DNA of 64,000 nucleotides from Octopus vulgaris (GCA_951406725.2 OX597818.1:72168001-72232000), one strand, 5' to 3'; counted from the first letter of the stretch, positions 1-13,399 are shown. The notes: a model not told the origin generated them from the sequence alone. Program-made: numbers and translations.

Positions 1-1411
1 CAGCAGCTGCTCCAGGTATTAGGATTAAGTTTTAGTTAATCAATACCTAGATGGTCTTCTACAATATCTTGTATTAAAAACACGAAATAAATCGTTAAAA
101 GACAACTTCAGGATTTTATTAAGATCTTTTGAAATGAAATAGCATTGCAAAGAATGTTAAATTGACGACACATTTCAAATGTAAAGAACAGACGATATGT
201 CCATTTGGTTGAATGCCTTATAGTAGTTTATTTGAGTTTATTTCAATTATATTACCTGTGATCAGAACGAAATTTAATGTAAATATTGTAGTTAATCTTG
301 TAGAAGTTCTCTATCAGCTGTTCTTGATATCTACATTTATTAAATGTCTCTCTACATTATTGAAAACTTGAGGTGTTCTTTCTTGAATTCTAATTATTTT
401 CTTTTATTATTATTTAAATTAAGTGGTAAAGATTCTGAAGTAAGAATCTCATTTATGGCCGCCTTTTTACAACAGCTGCTGACATTTTTTCCATGTTTTT
501 AATGTTTGTCATACATAATAGAAATTAGAAATTAACATGAAAGATCCCTCGAGTATAATAAAATTCATAAGAATGAATAGCTTTGTGTCTAGATATGTAT
601 GTGTGTATGTCTATGTATGTGTGCTTCTATGTGTATGTATACAGTTGCATACGCACCTACCTACCTACCTACATACCTACCTACCTACATACATACATGC
701 ATACATACATACACACACACACACATACATACATACATACATACATACATACATACATACATACATACACACATATATACGTACATACATACATACATTT
801 ATATATGCGTGTATGTACATGTATGCATCTATACGTTTATGTATGTATATATGTGTATTTGATAGAGACTGAAGATATGGTTGCTTTATTCAAAACCTAT
901 ATAAATATGTTCTTGTATCCCTGATATATTGACTCCTTTACCGAAATGCTTTACACGCAGACACACACAACATATTCAGACAAACTCACATACGCATACA
1001 CATAAATCTTTCAGTTCTCTTTATTATTTTTGAGCAATCATGGTTAAAATCACATTAAACCACTCACTCACGCCGTTGCCTCCTCCTGGGTCGTAGGCCA
1101 CTGACTATCTCTTACCACTGATCCTTAACCTGAACCTTCCTCTCCAGTTTCCCCAGCACGAGTTACGTTGCTAGGAGTCCCTTGACCTTCCTCTCTTCTT
1201 TATGATAAATAACTTGTGATGTATCAATTCACAGTTACCAGCCAAGAACACAGAAGTGTACCGGAGGTGTAATACGAACCAAAACATTTGTTTGCTAATC
1301 CATCACTGTTAGTCATTCAAAACAGCAGCTGCTCCAGGTATTAGGATTAACTTTTAGTCAATCAATAAATAGATGGTCTTCTACACTATCTTGTATTACA
1401 AAACACGAAAT
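1..1411 (+). repeat. Dispersed direct repeat, ~88 bp (1-88 and 1323-1411)
   Basis: cagcagctgctccaggtattaggattaa...agatggtcttctaca..atcttgtatta.aaaacacgaaat occurs at both positions with a few substitutions and indels. Confidence 0.85.
590..860. repeat. Compound (TACC)/(TACA)/(CA)/(TATG) microsatellite
   Basis: Visible simple repeats; source of the spurious HTYI ORFs. Confidence 0.95.
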
Positions 1412-1534
1412 CAATACCTAGGGGTTTGATCTTAGACACTACAGGTGAAGATGAACTGGGGTTTTCTGAGGTTGTTTTCAATACAGCGCCTTTCTTCGAT
1501 TCATGTCAGTTACTCTATTCAGGAGACGTGCACA

Positions 1535-1536
<2 letters not shown>

Positions 1537-1629
<93 letters not shown>

Positions 1630-1680
1630 GTCTGTCTGTCTGTCAAAATCTCTCTCTCTCTCTATCTATATGTCTATCTA
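1537..1680. repeat. (TATC)n/(TGTC)n/(TC)n microsatellite
   Basis: Visible simple repeat. Confidence 0.97.
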
Positions 1681-1760
1681 CCGATAGACATGTAGATAGA
1701 TATGTTGTAATACAACTAAATTAAAACCCTCATTACATTTATGTAGATTAGAACAATATA

Positions 1761-3368
1761 CACTGGCGAAAATAAATCTAAGACCGATCATAAAAGTTCT
1801 ATTTCTTGCAAAATATTTTGTTACTAACACCATAAAAATTATTTTTATATTTTACACCTTATGCAGAATTTATTTCTCTGATGCAGACAATAACTATTTT
1901 TATACAACTTGAAGAATACTAATGCTAAATTAATATAAACGTTTCAAATTTACCGACAAAATCAGTTTAAAACCATGTAATATGTATGCAAATTTTTTTG
2001 CCAAAATGGGTGGTCACACAACGAGCCTAACTGCACTATAAAGTGTTGTAATTTAAAGTTATTATACAATTGATTAATAATGGGAAAACAACGTAGCCTC
2101 AGTCCAGTCACGAAAGCAAAAATCGTATCACTCCACCAGCAAAAAGTTTCCTTTTCGAACATCAGCAAGCAACTAAAGTGCAGTAAAACGGCTTGCTTGC
2201 AAGCGTGGAAGTATACTCGGAGACTGGTCAATATAAAGATCGGCAAAGTACTGGCGCCCCAAGAAAAATGACGGCGCAGTTGGACCGTCGAATCCACCGA
2301 CTTTCGGAAGGCAACTGAATGCTGACAGCTGTTGACATTTGTAAACAATTGTCCAACGAGAATGGTGTTATTTTTACACCACAAACTGTCCGCAACCGTT
2401 TGTGAGAATTTGGACTACATGGAGGAATCGCTAGTAAAAAGAAATCAACTCAAACATCTTAATTTCGCAAAAAGCCATGCTCAATGGACTGCAGAAGATT
2501 GGTGCTGGGTCCTTTGGAGTGACGAATCACGCTTCTGTATATTTGGATCAGATGGTAAAACATACGTCAGACGTCGCCCAACCGAGGAATTCCATCTGAA
2601 ATGCGTGAAAAAGATGGTGCAAGCGTGGGGTGGGGGTGTGATGGTGTGGGCGGCATTTAGTAGTTTTGGTGTTGGTCCTCTAGTTAAAGCCGATGGAAAG
2701 CTAAATAGTGTAGGTTATATGAATCTACTAAAGGATAATGTTGTGTCATATTTGACTCATCAAATGCCTCCGGGGGCTATTTATCTGCAGGACAATAGTC
2801 CTGTGTGCAAAGCCAAAAAGGTTAAGGAATCTTTTGATCACCATATTGACGTAATCGAATGGCCTCCCCAGAGCCCGGACCTGAATCCGATCGAGAATCT
2901 GTGGGATTATGTTTCCAAAAAAGTCCATGCCAAAAAACCATCTAATCTAAAACAATTATTCGATTATATCAATGAAGTATGGCAAAACATTCCCATAGAA
3001 TTTTGTAATCACTTAGCGAATTCAAAGCCGAGGCGTTGTTAAGCCGTTATTAAGAATAAAGGCTACGGCACAAAGTATTAATATTATTTCGTTCTTGTTG
3101 CTCATTTTTGCTACAGTCTTAAGCTTGAAATAAAATTATAATGATACGGTCTTAAACTTATTTTGCCGGTAAATATGAAACGTTTATATTAATTTAGCAT
3201 TAGTATTCTTCAAGTTGTATAAAAATAGTTATTGTCTGCATCATTCGAAAGAAAAATAAATTCTGCATAAGGTGTAAAAGATGAAAATAATTTTTATGGC
3301 GTTAGTAACAAAATATTTTGTAAGAAATAGGACTTTTATCATCGGTCTTAAATTTATTTTCGCCAGTG
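1761..3368 (+). mobile_element. Tc1-family DNA transposon with ~210-bp IR/DR-type TIRs and TA TSD
   Basis: TA|CACTGGCGAAAATAAAT...ATTTATTTTCGCCAGTG|TA; inverted similarity spans ~1761-1975 versus ~3148-3368, with a second copy of the terminal motif at the inner end of each TIR. Confidence 0.95.
2080..3081 (+). pseudogene. Disrupted Tc1 (DD34E-type) transposase
   Basis: N-terminal HTH-like MGKQRSLSPVTKAKIVSL, then WSDESRF, QDNSP, WPPQSPDLNPIENLW and terminal KGYGTKY*; frameshifts near 2220-2440 and an in-frame stop at 3040; D-to-E spacing is 33 in this copy. Confidence 0.92.
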
Positions 3369-3479
3369 TATATTCCAATCTTTATTTTACCAAATCCCTA
3401 TCCGAGTTTTGCATTGCTGCTTAGATGAGGCGAGAATATGATGTGGAATCTTGTACTGAATTAATCCTGTGTATATACA

Positions 3480-3530
3480 ATATAATATAATATAATATAA
3501 TATAATATAATATAATATAATATAATATAA
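3480..3530. repeat. (TATAA)n pentanucleotide repeat
   Basis: Visible simple repeat. Confidence 0.95.
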
Positions 3531-4039
3531 CATAAGGAATATAAAGGCAAAAATGGACGAATCAATCAGCCAACAAGTAGCACTTGAATGATATCAGAAA
3601 AGTGGAAATATGTGGGCGCTGATTAAAGCAGGAAGTAGCAAACCAGCTTAAAAATATATGAAAAATAAGCTGTGTAAGCAACAACGTGTGAGTGTTGATG
3701 AGTATTGTTGTTTTTTGGTTGACATTTGCTGGATTCACACAATGGAACATGAGTTTTGTTATCATTGATGAGCATGTTGAATAGGAAATGCATTAATGAT
3801 AATGCGGATTAATAAAGCACAGATGTCACCAACGAAAACACGTTTTATTATCATTTGTAGAAAAGGTAAGATCGGAGTGTATAAAGTGTAGGTGGAGATG
3901 CAAGATGAAGAGTGGGAGCAGTAAAAGAGCTTTTGGAAAGGTTGAACCAAAAGTAACGTAAAAGTGGGCAGGACATTCTTTTGAACTGACATACGTCGTT
4001 CATACTGATAGATTAGGTGATACTTTATCCGAAGATACT

Positions 4040-4670
4040 ACACAATATAACCTCGTCGCAATGATGCATTTGTGCTATTGTTGAATCGAAATCACGAATC
4101 CGTTTCGATAAAATTCATGTATTCACTGTTATACCCACTTCTTCAAAAACAATTTCACTTCTTTGTCATCAAATCCTTGTCCCCCGAACAAGTGGATGTC
4201 AGCGGGTATCAAATCTAGGCTCTAAGGTAGTTGCGGACAACATATAAAGCTAATTTGCTGATTGCCTGATGTGTTGTCAACGATATGTGTGGTCAGATAT
4301 TGTCATGGCAAATGTAAATCCTTTTCAGATTATTTTCCCCCATTTTCTTCCTAATGGCTTCCCTAAACTGTCCCTCGATGTCCACAGTACAACTATAATT
4401 CAGAAAATCAAGGGGAATGACACCTTTGTCATCCCCAAAAACAGTCATCATGACTTTTTGTGCCAATCGTTCGCTCGTGAAATTCTTAGGCCACGTACTG
4501 AACCTCTATTTCTGGATCATAAATATACTCTCACGTTGTATTCCAAGTCACCACATTGAAAACAGACATGTTTCAATTCGTTTCAAAAACTTCTATTTAA
4601 TCAGGATAGACTTGCATCTTCCTCTCCATCAAATAAGGTGTCAAGTACCGAGATACCGACTTTTGTAATT
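4040..4670 (-). pseudogene. Highly decayed mariner (DD34D) transposase remnant
   Basis: Minus-strand translation gives VVTWNTT*EYIYDPE (cf. IVTGDETWVYxYDPE), CHDNI*PH (cf. HDNARPH) and P*SLDLIPADIHLF (cf. PYSPDLAPSDFHLF) in the expected order; no TIRs recognised. Confidence 0.75.
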
Positions 4671-5589
4671 AGTGTTGTAATTATCATGAAGCTTTGCAAT
4701 GTGTGCAGATAATATAGAGGCTTGAAAAAAAAAGCTTTCAGCAAAACAGGTGAGAAATTAGACTAAATATGTAGCACGATAGCAATAGATAAAAGCAAAG
4801 AGAAAATATAAAGGATTACTTTACAGAGATCATTTAATGATCCTATAATAATGCAAGGAAGATGTCCCTTTTCAAATAGAAGAATGAAAAATAACCAAAG
4901 ATTTCGGAGAAATGTGTGTACCAGCTTGCTAGAGTACATAAGTTGTGGTCTGTTAAGTTTGGTAGTATCAGCGTAGTAGGTAGTGTGGTGTACGAAAAGC
5001 AGGAGCTGTATTGTTATGAGTATTTCGTTTATTTACAATATGTTTGTATGAGTGACATTGTTGGTTAAATAGTATTATTAATACAAGTCATTGAAGATTT
5101 ACACAATTCGATATCGCGTTTTTATCCTTCTTTGTTAAGAAATGTTACAATATGTATGATAGTAACTTAGAGAAAATACAACAAATTGATAGAGATATGA
5201 CCTCATAAAAAGTAAACTAATTTAAAGATGTTTTTATACAAACATCCTAAGATCTTATTTTCTCAAAATTTTGTTCCTGAGTTCGTTTTCAGGTGTGACC
5301 ACAGACATTATCTCTGGACCCTCCACCGTGTATAACACCAGCAACTTGAAGATTTTGGCCGCTCCAAAGAATAGAACGCCACTCCCTTTGGCCAGTGCAA
5401 GTTATCCTTGATCAACGTTTCTGGCATTAAGGTTGCTTTGTGTGAGGCATGAAATGTCTCTTGTGCTGGAATCTCCTGTCGAAAACGACCTATGAGTATT
5501 AAGTTTTTGCTGAAAGGCATGCACGAACAATTTCATTATAGCGATCAAATGTATGAGGTGTACATAAACTAACTCCCCCACCCCATCAG

Positions 5590-5735
5590 ATCAACATTGC
5601 CTGTACAAGTGCACAAGCATGACGTATGTCAGATGCCGAAATGATCGCAGGGCGACGTGGAATGGGGTATTTTGCTCAAAAACAACGCACCTTCCGGCCC
5701 ACGAATCGAACCTAAGTACCAACCCACGCGCCTTC
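5590..5735 (-). mobile_element. Degenerate tRNA-derived SINE fragment
   Basis: Reverse complement has a B-box-like ggttcgattc followed by a CORE-like ttgagcaaaatacccc. Confidence 0.55.
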
Positions 5736-5819
5736 AAACATACACACAGAAACGCACACACAGACTTATGTATATATATATACACACACTCACACACACA
5801 CACACACATACATATACAT

Positions 5820-5973
5820 GCGATGGGCTTCTTTTAGCTTGTGTCAAGTCCACTCACAATCTTTGGTTGGCCCAGGGTCATGGTGGAAGACACTTGACCA
5901 AGATTCCACACTGTGGAACTGAACCTGAAACCATGTGTTTGGGATTCGAACTTCTTATTACACAGTCATATCT

Positions 5974-5975
<2 letters not shown>
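5820..5975 (-). mobile_element. CORE-type SINE (family A), 5' half
   Basis: Reverse complement aligns to 25245-25395 (catggtttcaggttcagttccac...cttggtcaagtgtcttc...gtgagtgga...gaagcc). Confidence 0.8.
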
Positions 5976-6036
<61 letters not shown>

Positions 6037-7369
6037 CATACACACACACATACACTGAGGACGGCCCAAAAGTCAAGCACGAAATAAGTTCATTACGCTC
6101 CAGAACTGTCAGAGGCATGCTTCAATTTTTCTAAAGTTCAATAAAATAAATAATAATGATGAATACACGCGTACTTGTGCATGATTAACAAAATAAATCT
6201 CCATATACTAGAACAATATTTTTTAACTACTTTACCCACTTATCAGTTAATTCAATATTTGTGTGTATTCGACCTATCGACAAATAGAGAAATATCGGAT
6301 GACGTTCCTCATAAATTGAATTGACGATTCAATGGCATAATTAATTTTACTGCCAAATTCTCAAAAAGTACTAATACGTAAAGAAACAATAGATCCACAT
6401 TTCTTTCCCAATGTGAAAACAAACATAGCAAAATCGAGACAAAGCAAAAAAGAAAAAAATTCTACCTTTAGTTGACACACACTTTTCGTTAAGATATTTA
6501 ATCGGAACACAGTAAATGTCAGTTAGGGCTGCAGAAGCAACTGTGAAACAATCTTATTTAAACGACTGAATAATCTTAATGACGATAATAGTTGTATGTG
6601 AATATGCCAAAAATGTATGTGCGTGAGTGCGTGTGAGTGTGTGTGTCTGACTGTGTGTGTGTGTATGTGTATGTATGTAAGTAGGTCAATGTGAGTGTAT
6701 GTGAATGCGTGTGTGTGTATGTGCGTGTGTGTGTTTGGCTGCTTGAGACTCCTGAAACTGTATTGTGACAAGAAGTAGTAATCCGTTCTGAAGAAGACTA
6801 AATAAATAATGCACCATACAGAAACGAGTGAAGGAAATTTCGCTTAATCTTTTCGAAACAGACAAAAGAGAAATATAATAACATTTGAAGGTTTATATGG
6901 AGTTTATTGAATAAGGAATTAATAATTCAAACATGCTTTGATATAAACTGAATCAGCACAAGCGATACATAAAAAAATTTCAACGTATATATTAGAGAGA
7001 AGTTTTCACTAAAAGAAAATTAAAACCTGAAACCACAAATAAAACTTAAATAATAGATCTGAAATGTTCACGAAATGCAGAAGTATTAAGAAACTCCTTC
7101 TAGTAAATTTCAGTAAGAAACAATAGAATCCCATTTATGCATCTCTGGAAAATTTATTGGTTTTTCTCTTACATATTCCCTTACTGACATTTCTCAATGC
7201 GAATGTCCAAACCGAAATTAACAATACACTGACAGAACATTACAATACACTGATGGAAACTAATAATATAATTTACGGAACACTCGAACCTTTGCTCGAA
7301 TCGTATCAAAATGTTCTATGAAGGTTGAATTGTTAAGTCATAGAAGGTATCAATCTTCATTTACAATAT

Positions 7370-7560
7370 TGGTTTCAAATTTTGGCGCAAGGTGAGTCGA
7401 TTACATCGACCCCAGTACTCGGCCGGTACTTATTTTATCACCCCGAAAAGATGAAAGGTAAAGTCAACCTCGGTGGAATTTGAACTCAGAACGTAAAGAC
7501 ATATGAAATACCGCTAAACAGTTTGTCTGGCGTGCTAATGATTCTGCCAGCTCACCGCTT
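7370..7560 (-). mobile_element. tRNA-derived SINE (family B, Meta-domain-like core); duplicate at 9737-9917
   Basis: Reverse complement gcggtgagctggcagaatc.ttagcac...gagttcaaattcc..cgaggttgacttt.cctttcatc.tttcgggg...aaaataagtacc; same family recurs at 33195, 42410, 48845, 49178 and 51975. Confidence 0.85.
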
Positions 7561-7641
7561 TGATCTTTACAATATTAAAAGGAGATATATATTTTCATTT
7601 ACAAAAACGTATTCAATGTACTGGGTAGTTACACACACACA

Positions 7642-7730
<89 letters not shown>

Positions 7731-7731
7731 G

Positions 7732-7774
<43 letters not shown>

Positions 7775-7793
7775 TCATGGTATATACACAATC

Positions 7794-7829
7794 CTTTCTG
7801 ACGAAGAGCATAGGTTGGAAATGTCAAAG
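7794..7829 (+). ncRNA. Minimal type-I hammerhead-like motif, decayed (duplicate at 10151-10186)
   Basis: cuuu-CUGACGA-a-gagc-auag-guug-GAAA-u-GUC-aaag: stem I cuuu/aaag, intact core boxes, imperfect stem II, GUC site. Confidence 0.6.
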
Positions 7830-7915
7830 ATTTTTCTATTCTTTCCGAGCGCTTAACTAATACACTTGTTTGTTGTTCTTTCACCTGTTTTCGTCTTTTG
7901 TTTTCTGTAAATGCG

Positions 7916-7950
<35 letters not shown>

Positions 7951-8118
7951 AATAAAAATTTGTCGTTGAAAATGTACCTGAATTTGAAATACTTGTAATT
8001 GCTTTTAAATATATTTATTTACATACAATCACAAATTGTAAAATTCAGATGCATTTTCAATAACACATTTTTCTATATACTTTGTTATATATATATGTAT
8101 ATATATATATATATATAA

Positions 8119-8690
8119 ATGAAAGAATGGAGTCGAACGAAGATGTTAACAAAATTCCTTTACTCTCGACATATGTTTCGAAGACAACATTTTTTCATTC
8201 CAAAGGAATAAAGGGTGTATTATGCAATCTTCTCATCGGGAAAGAAAGGGAGCCTCTCTCGACAACAAGACAAACAAAAATTTCGATGACTGCCTACATG
8301 GTAAACAAAGCGATAATGAGTGTTTTTTTTAAAAAACCGTTAGAAGAATTGACGTCAAAGATAGATAGTAGGAAGAGAAGGGTCAAAGGAATAATAGGTA
8401 GGGAACAAGTGGAGAGGAAAGGGAACGTTGATTGAAAGAATGTTCGAAGGCTTAGGAAAGAATTTCTCTATAGAAGTGGGGTGGACGTTCAAACCACAGT
8501 GACTATCGTCGGCTCCAGCTCGTATCTGACCATTGGGTTCGTCAGTTTCTATCCAGCCTCCTCGGCTGATGTTTGTGCTGATTGTGACTTTGGAGTCCAA
8601 GTTGGTGGTGAAAGAGTCGTGAGCAGAATTCGTACAGGATGGTCGGTGTGGGTCGAGGATGTTAAAGGCGCTTCTTTCTTCTGCGTTTTA
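8119..8690 (-). mobile_element. Penelope-like element 3' fragment / pLTR (duplicate ~10476-11045)
   Basis: Frameshifted GIY-YIG C-terminus-like RRLDR..QW..YEL...GLN, then a pyrimidine-rich UTR with a hammerhead motif, ending in (TA)n. Confidence 0.55.
8163..8244 (-). ncRNA. Type-I hammerhead-like motif with CCGAUGA core (duplicate at 10520-10601)
   Basis: cuuuc-CCGAUGA-gaaga...ucuuc-GAAA-cauau-GUC-gagag: stem I cuuuc/gagag, stem II gaaga/ucuuc, palindromic stem III ACAUAUGU. Confidence 0.7.
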
Positions 8691-9636
8691 CCTCCTCATT
8701 CTGCTCTGTTTTGCTCGAAGGAGCTGGCTCCATTGCAGATAGGCTCTCCTATCTATGGCAATGTGTTCCCATGAGGATGGCGGCATGTTAGCTTGAGCCA
8801 CGGTCCGTTTGAGCTGATCTTTAAAACGGAATTTCGGACCTCCTCTGGGTCTTGTTCCGATTGTAAGTTCTCCGTAGAGCATAATCCTCAAGAGACGAAA
8901 GGGCTTCATACACTGGACGTGACGTGCCCAGCAGAGACGATGGCGAAAAATGGTGGCTTTGACGCTTGGTAGTGAAGCGCAGCGAAGAATCTCGTCGCTG
9001 GTAATGTGATCTTCCCGTCGAATATTGAAGATCTGTCGTAGCATGGATTGCTGGAAGCATTTAAGGCGCTTGAAGTCACGGTAGTGCAGCGTCCAAGTCT
9101 CACAAGCATAAAGAAAAGTTGACAGGACAATGGCACGGAAGACCATGATTTTTGTCCGGATAGTCAGCACATAATTGAAAAATACACGTTGGCTGAGTCT
9201 ACCCAAGGCGGAGTGGGTCGCCCTGATCCGGCCCTTCACGTCCTTTTCACACGTGGAGGTCTTCTCACACTCCCAATGTTGGAGAAGTGTTTAACCTCTT
9301 CTAGAGTTTGGCCGTTGATGCTAATGTTCGTGGGTGGACTGTTCTGGCCTGGTGCAGGTTGGATCAGGGTTTTGGTCTTTGATGTGTTTACCTGCATCCC
9401 GAAGTGTTCGTAACCTGTGTTGTAAAGATGGCCTACAAAAGATTTGTAGGCCATCTGCGGTCCGGCTCGGCGTGGCATTATCGACGGCATACCGCATCTA
9501 ACGGACAAATGGTAGAGGTCCCAGTCTTTGTGCGAAGACGTGTGAAACTGAAGAGTCTACCATCCAAGCGATAGCGCATGTTGATGGAAGGTGAGTCTAG
9601 TGGGAATTTCGTTGAACAAGGTGGCCATGTACAAAG
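8688..9636 (-). mobile_element. RTE-clade LINE 3' part (duplicated copy, cut by the gap)
   Basis: TKIMVFRAIVLSTFLYACETWT...RHRLCWARHV..M...RLLRIMLYGEL..GTRPRGGPKFRFKD is typical of the RTE/BovB C-terminus. Confidence 0.9.
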
Positions 9637-9736
9637 NNNNNNNNNNNNNNNNNNNNNNNNNNNNNNNNNNNNNNNNNNNNNNNNNNNNNNNNNNNNNNNN
9701 NNNNNNNNNNNNNNNNNNNNNNNNNNNNNNNNNNNN
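9637..9736. other. Assembly gap (100 N)
   Basis: Run of N. Confidence 1.
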
Positions 9737-10012
9737 TTTGGCGCAAGGTGAGTCGATTACATCGACCCCAGTACTCTGCCGGTACTTATTTTATCACCCC
9801 GAAAAGATGAAAGGTAAAGTCAACCTCGGTGGAATTTGAACTCAGAACGTAAAGACATATGAAATACCGCTAAACAGTTTGTCTGGCGTGCTAATGATTC
9901 TGCCAGCTCACCGCTTTGATCTTTACAATATTAAAAGGAGATATATATTTTCATTTACAAAAACGTATTCAATGTACTGGGTAGTTACACACACACACAG
10001 ACACACACACAC

Positions 10013-10091
<79 letters not shown>

Positions 10092-10094
10092 GCA

Positions 10095-10131
<37 letters not shown>

Positions 10132-10272
10132 TCATGGTATATACACAATCCTTTCTGACGAAGAGCATAGGTTGGAAATGTCAAAGATTTTTCTATTCTT
10201 TCCGAGCGCTTAACTAATACACTTGTTTGTTGTTCTTTCACCTGTTTTCGTCTTTTGTTTTCTGTAAATGCG

Positions 10273-10312
<40 letters not shown>

Positions 10313-11044
10313 AAATTTGTCGTTGAAAATGTACCTGAATTTGAAATACTTGTAATTGCTTTTAAATATATTTATTTACATACAATCACAAATTGTAAAA
10401 TTCAGATGCATTTTCAATAACACATTTTTCTATATACTTTGTTATATATATATGTATATATATATATATATATAAATGAAAGAATGGAGTCGAACGAAGA
10501 TGTTAACAAAATTCCTTTACTCTCGACATATGTTTCGAAGACAACATTTTTTCATTCCAAAGGAATAAAGGGTGTATTATGCAATCTTCTCATCGGGAAA
10601 GAAAGGGAGCCTCTCTCGACAACAAGACAAACAAAAATTTCGATGACTGCCTACATGGTAAACAAAGTGATAATGAGTGTTTTTTTTAAAAAACCGTTAG
10701 AAGAATTGACGTCAAAGATAGATAGTAGGAAGAGAAGGGTCAAAGGAATAATAGGTAGGGAACAAGTGGAGAGGAAAGGGAACGTTGATTGAAAGAATGT
10801 TCGAAGGCTTAGGAAAGAATTTCTCTATAGAAGTGGGGTGGACGTTCAAACCACAGTGACTATCGTCGGCTCCAGCTCGTATCTGACCATTGGGTTCGTC
10901 AGTTTCTATCCAGCCTCCTCGGCTGATGTTTGTGCTGATTGTGACTTTGGAGTCCAAGTTGGTGGTGAAAGAGTCGTGAGCAGAATTCGTACAGGATGGT
11001 CGGTGTGGGTCGAGGATGTTAAAGGCGCTTCTTTCTTCTGCGTT

Positions 11045-12900
11045 TTACCTCCTCATTCTGCTCTGTTTTGCTCGAAGGAGCTGGCTCCATTGCAGATAGG
11101 CTCTCCTATCTATGGCAATCTGTTCCCATGAGGATGGCGGCATGTTAGCTTGAGCCACGGTCCGTTTGAGCTGATCTTTAAAACGGAATTTCGGACCTCC
11201 TCTGGGTCTTGTTCCGATTGTAAGTTCTCCGTAGAGCATAATCCTCAAGAGACGAAAGGGCTTCATACACTGGACGTGACGTGCCCAGCAGAGACGATGG
11301 CGAAAAATGGTGGCTTTGACGCTTGGTAGTGAAGCGCAGCGAAGAATCTCGTCGCTGGTAATGTGATCTTCCCGTCGAATATTGAAGATCTGTCGTAGCA
11401 TGGATTGCTGGAAGCATTTAAGGCGCTTGAAGTCACGGTAGTGCAGCGTCCAAGTCTCACAAGCATAAAGAAAAGTTGACAGGACAATGGCACGGAAGAC
11501 CATGATTTTTGTCCGGATAGTCAGCACATAATTGAAAAATACACGTTGGCTGAGTCTACCCAAGGCGGAGTGGGTCGCCCTGATCCGGCCCTTCACGTCC
11601 TTTTCACACGTGGAGGTCTTCTCACACTCCCAATGTTGGAGAAGTGTTTAACTTCTTCTAGAGTTTGGCCGTTGATGCTAATGTTCGTGGGTGGACTGTT
11701 CTGGCCTGGTGCAGGTTGGATCCCGAAGTGTTCGTAACCTGTGTTGTAAAGATGGCCTACAAAAGATTTGTAGGCCATCTGCGGTCCGGCTCGGCGTGGC
11801 ATTATCGACGGCATACCGCATCTAACGGACAAATGGTAGAGGTCCCAGTCTTTGTGCGAAGACGTGTGAAACTGAAGAGTCTACCATCCAAGCGATAGCG
11901 CATGTTGATGGAAGGTGAGTCTAGTGGGAATTTCGTTGAACAAGGTGGCCATGTACAAAGAGAAACAGGTTGGCGCCAGGACTCATCATAGCTTAATATT
12001 CCTAGTGATGGAAACGGGTCTGTGAGGGCAGTTTCATGGCATACCCTATCCACAATGCCGTCGTGAATGGAACGGACCAGGGCAATGAAGTTCTCCGGAC
12101 ATCCAAACCGAGCAGGGACTGCTTACATTGCAGGACGGGGAACCTTGTCAAAGGCTTTCTTTAGATCCCAGAAAATGAACATTGCAGGCTGCTGTTGCTC
12201 TTGACACTTCTCCTGAAGTTGGCGGGCATAAAAGCTCATGTCGATTGTGCCACGAAAGAGTCAAAAGCCACATTGGGACTTAGGGAGGACGTCTTCCGCG
12301 AGGATGATGAGACGATTGAGTAGGATACAGGCGTAGATTTTGCTTGTAATACCTAGGAGTGAGATGCCCCGATAGTTGTTGCAATACTTTCAGTCTCCCT
12401 TCTTGTAGATGGTGATGATAGTTGCGTCACGGAAGTCGTTCACAGATAGTGAGGATAATGAGCATCAGATGATTACTCATCTCAGGACCTCGGTGTGTGA
12501 AAAACTTAAACGGGATGCTGTTTGGTCCTGGAGTTTTTCCCCGGCTTCATGCGCCCGAATACCTTGTTGAACTCATGAGGCGAGGGTGGCAGTGACATCC
12601 AATGGCGGATGAGAAGCTGTGGGGTGCTTTGGAGGAGATCGTCAGGAGTGCTTGAGTGGTTGTTAAGTAGGGTCTCGAAATGGGATTTCCAACGATCGAG
12701 TATTCCCTGCGTGTCGGTTATCATAGAGCCAGCTGCGCTCTGATGAACTTTTGGGGCTGAAGTTTTCCTTGGTTGCGACATAAAAGGGGCGCAACTCTCG
12801 TTGGTCCGCATAGTTCTGCATCTCCTCTGCTTTAATCTGCCACCAGGTTTGCTGAGCTTCTCTAATTCCTCACTAACATTCCGCTGATGCTTGCTGGTGT
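11045..12900 (-). mobile_element. RTE-clade LINE, 5'-truncated and decayed (RT domain plus C-terminus)
   Basis: Minus-strand NYRGISLL (~12370), FWDLKKAFDKVP (~12160), VLAP..FSLY (~11965), GILDRWKSHFETLLN and the RTE C-terminal ORF 11045-11596. Confidence 0.9.
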
Positions 12901-12934
12901 TTTCGTTTGTTCTCATGGGGTCATTTTCTTTGAT

Positions 12935-12996
12935 TAAAGGCGGTGCCCCAGCATGGCCGCAGTCAAATGACTGAAACCTGTAGAAGAGTAAAAGAG
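12935..12996 (+). mobile_element. SINE family A 3' tail
   Basis: aaaggcggtgccccagcatggccgcagtcaaatgactgaaac...gagtaaaagag matches 25599-25659. Confidence 0.8.
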
Positions 12997-13028
12997 CATG
13001 CACACACACACATACACACACATGTAAT

Positions 13029-13106
<78 letters not shown>

Positions 13107-13399
13107 CGTGTATTTATGTATTACCTATATATGTATGTATATATGTAGGTATGTTTGTATGCATATATGCACATACATAGATACATCCGTAAAGATTCAC
13201 ACACATATATGCACATACTCATTCATGCACTCACGCACGCATACACACATACGACGGAGTTGTATCTACATATAAATCTATATGTATGTAGACGCAGAAT
13301 GGAGGTAAAGTGATGCAGAAACGTTACCCTCCTTATTTTCATTACCGTCATATCTAGCATCATCATCATAATCACCAACATCTTCCCAACCCCCATCAC

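Larger units (their letters stand above)
7381..11960 (+). repeat. ~2.2-kb near-identical direct duplication (7381-9636 and 9737-11960) flanking a 100-N gap
   Basis: The copies differ by a few SNPs, microsatellite lengths and one 33-bp deletion; both copies abut the gap exactly. Confidence 0.95.

Noticed and set aside
537-924. HTYI/IYLS/CVCV-type ORFs here and throughout the window
   Set aside because: Translations of di- and tetranucleotide microsatellites, open in several frames
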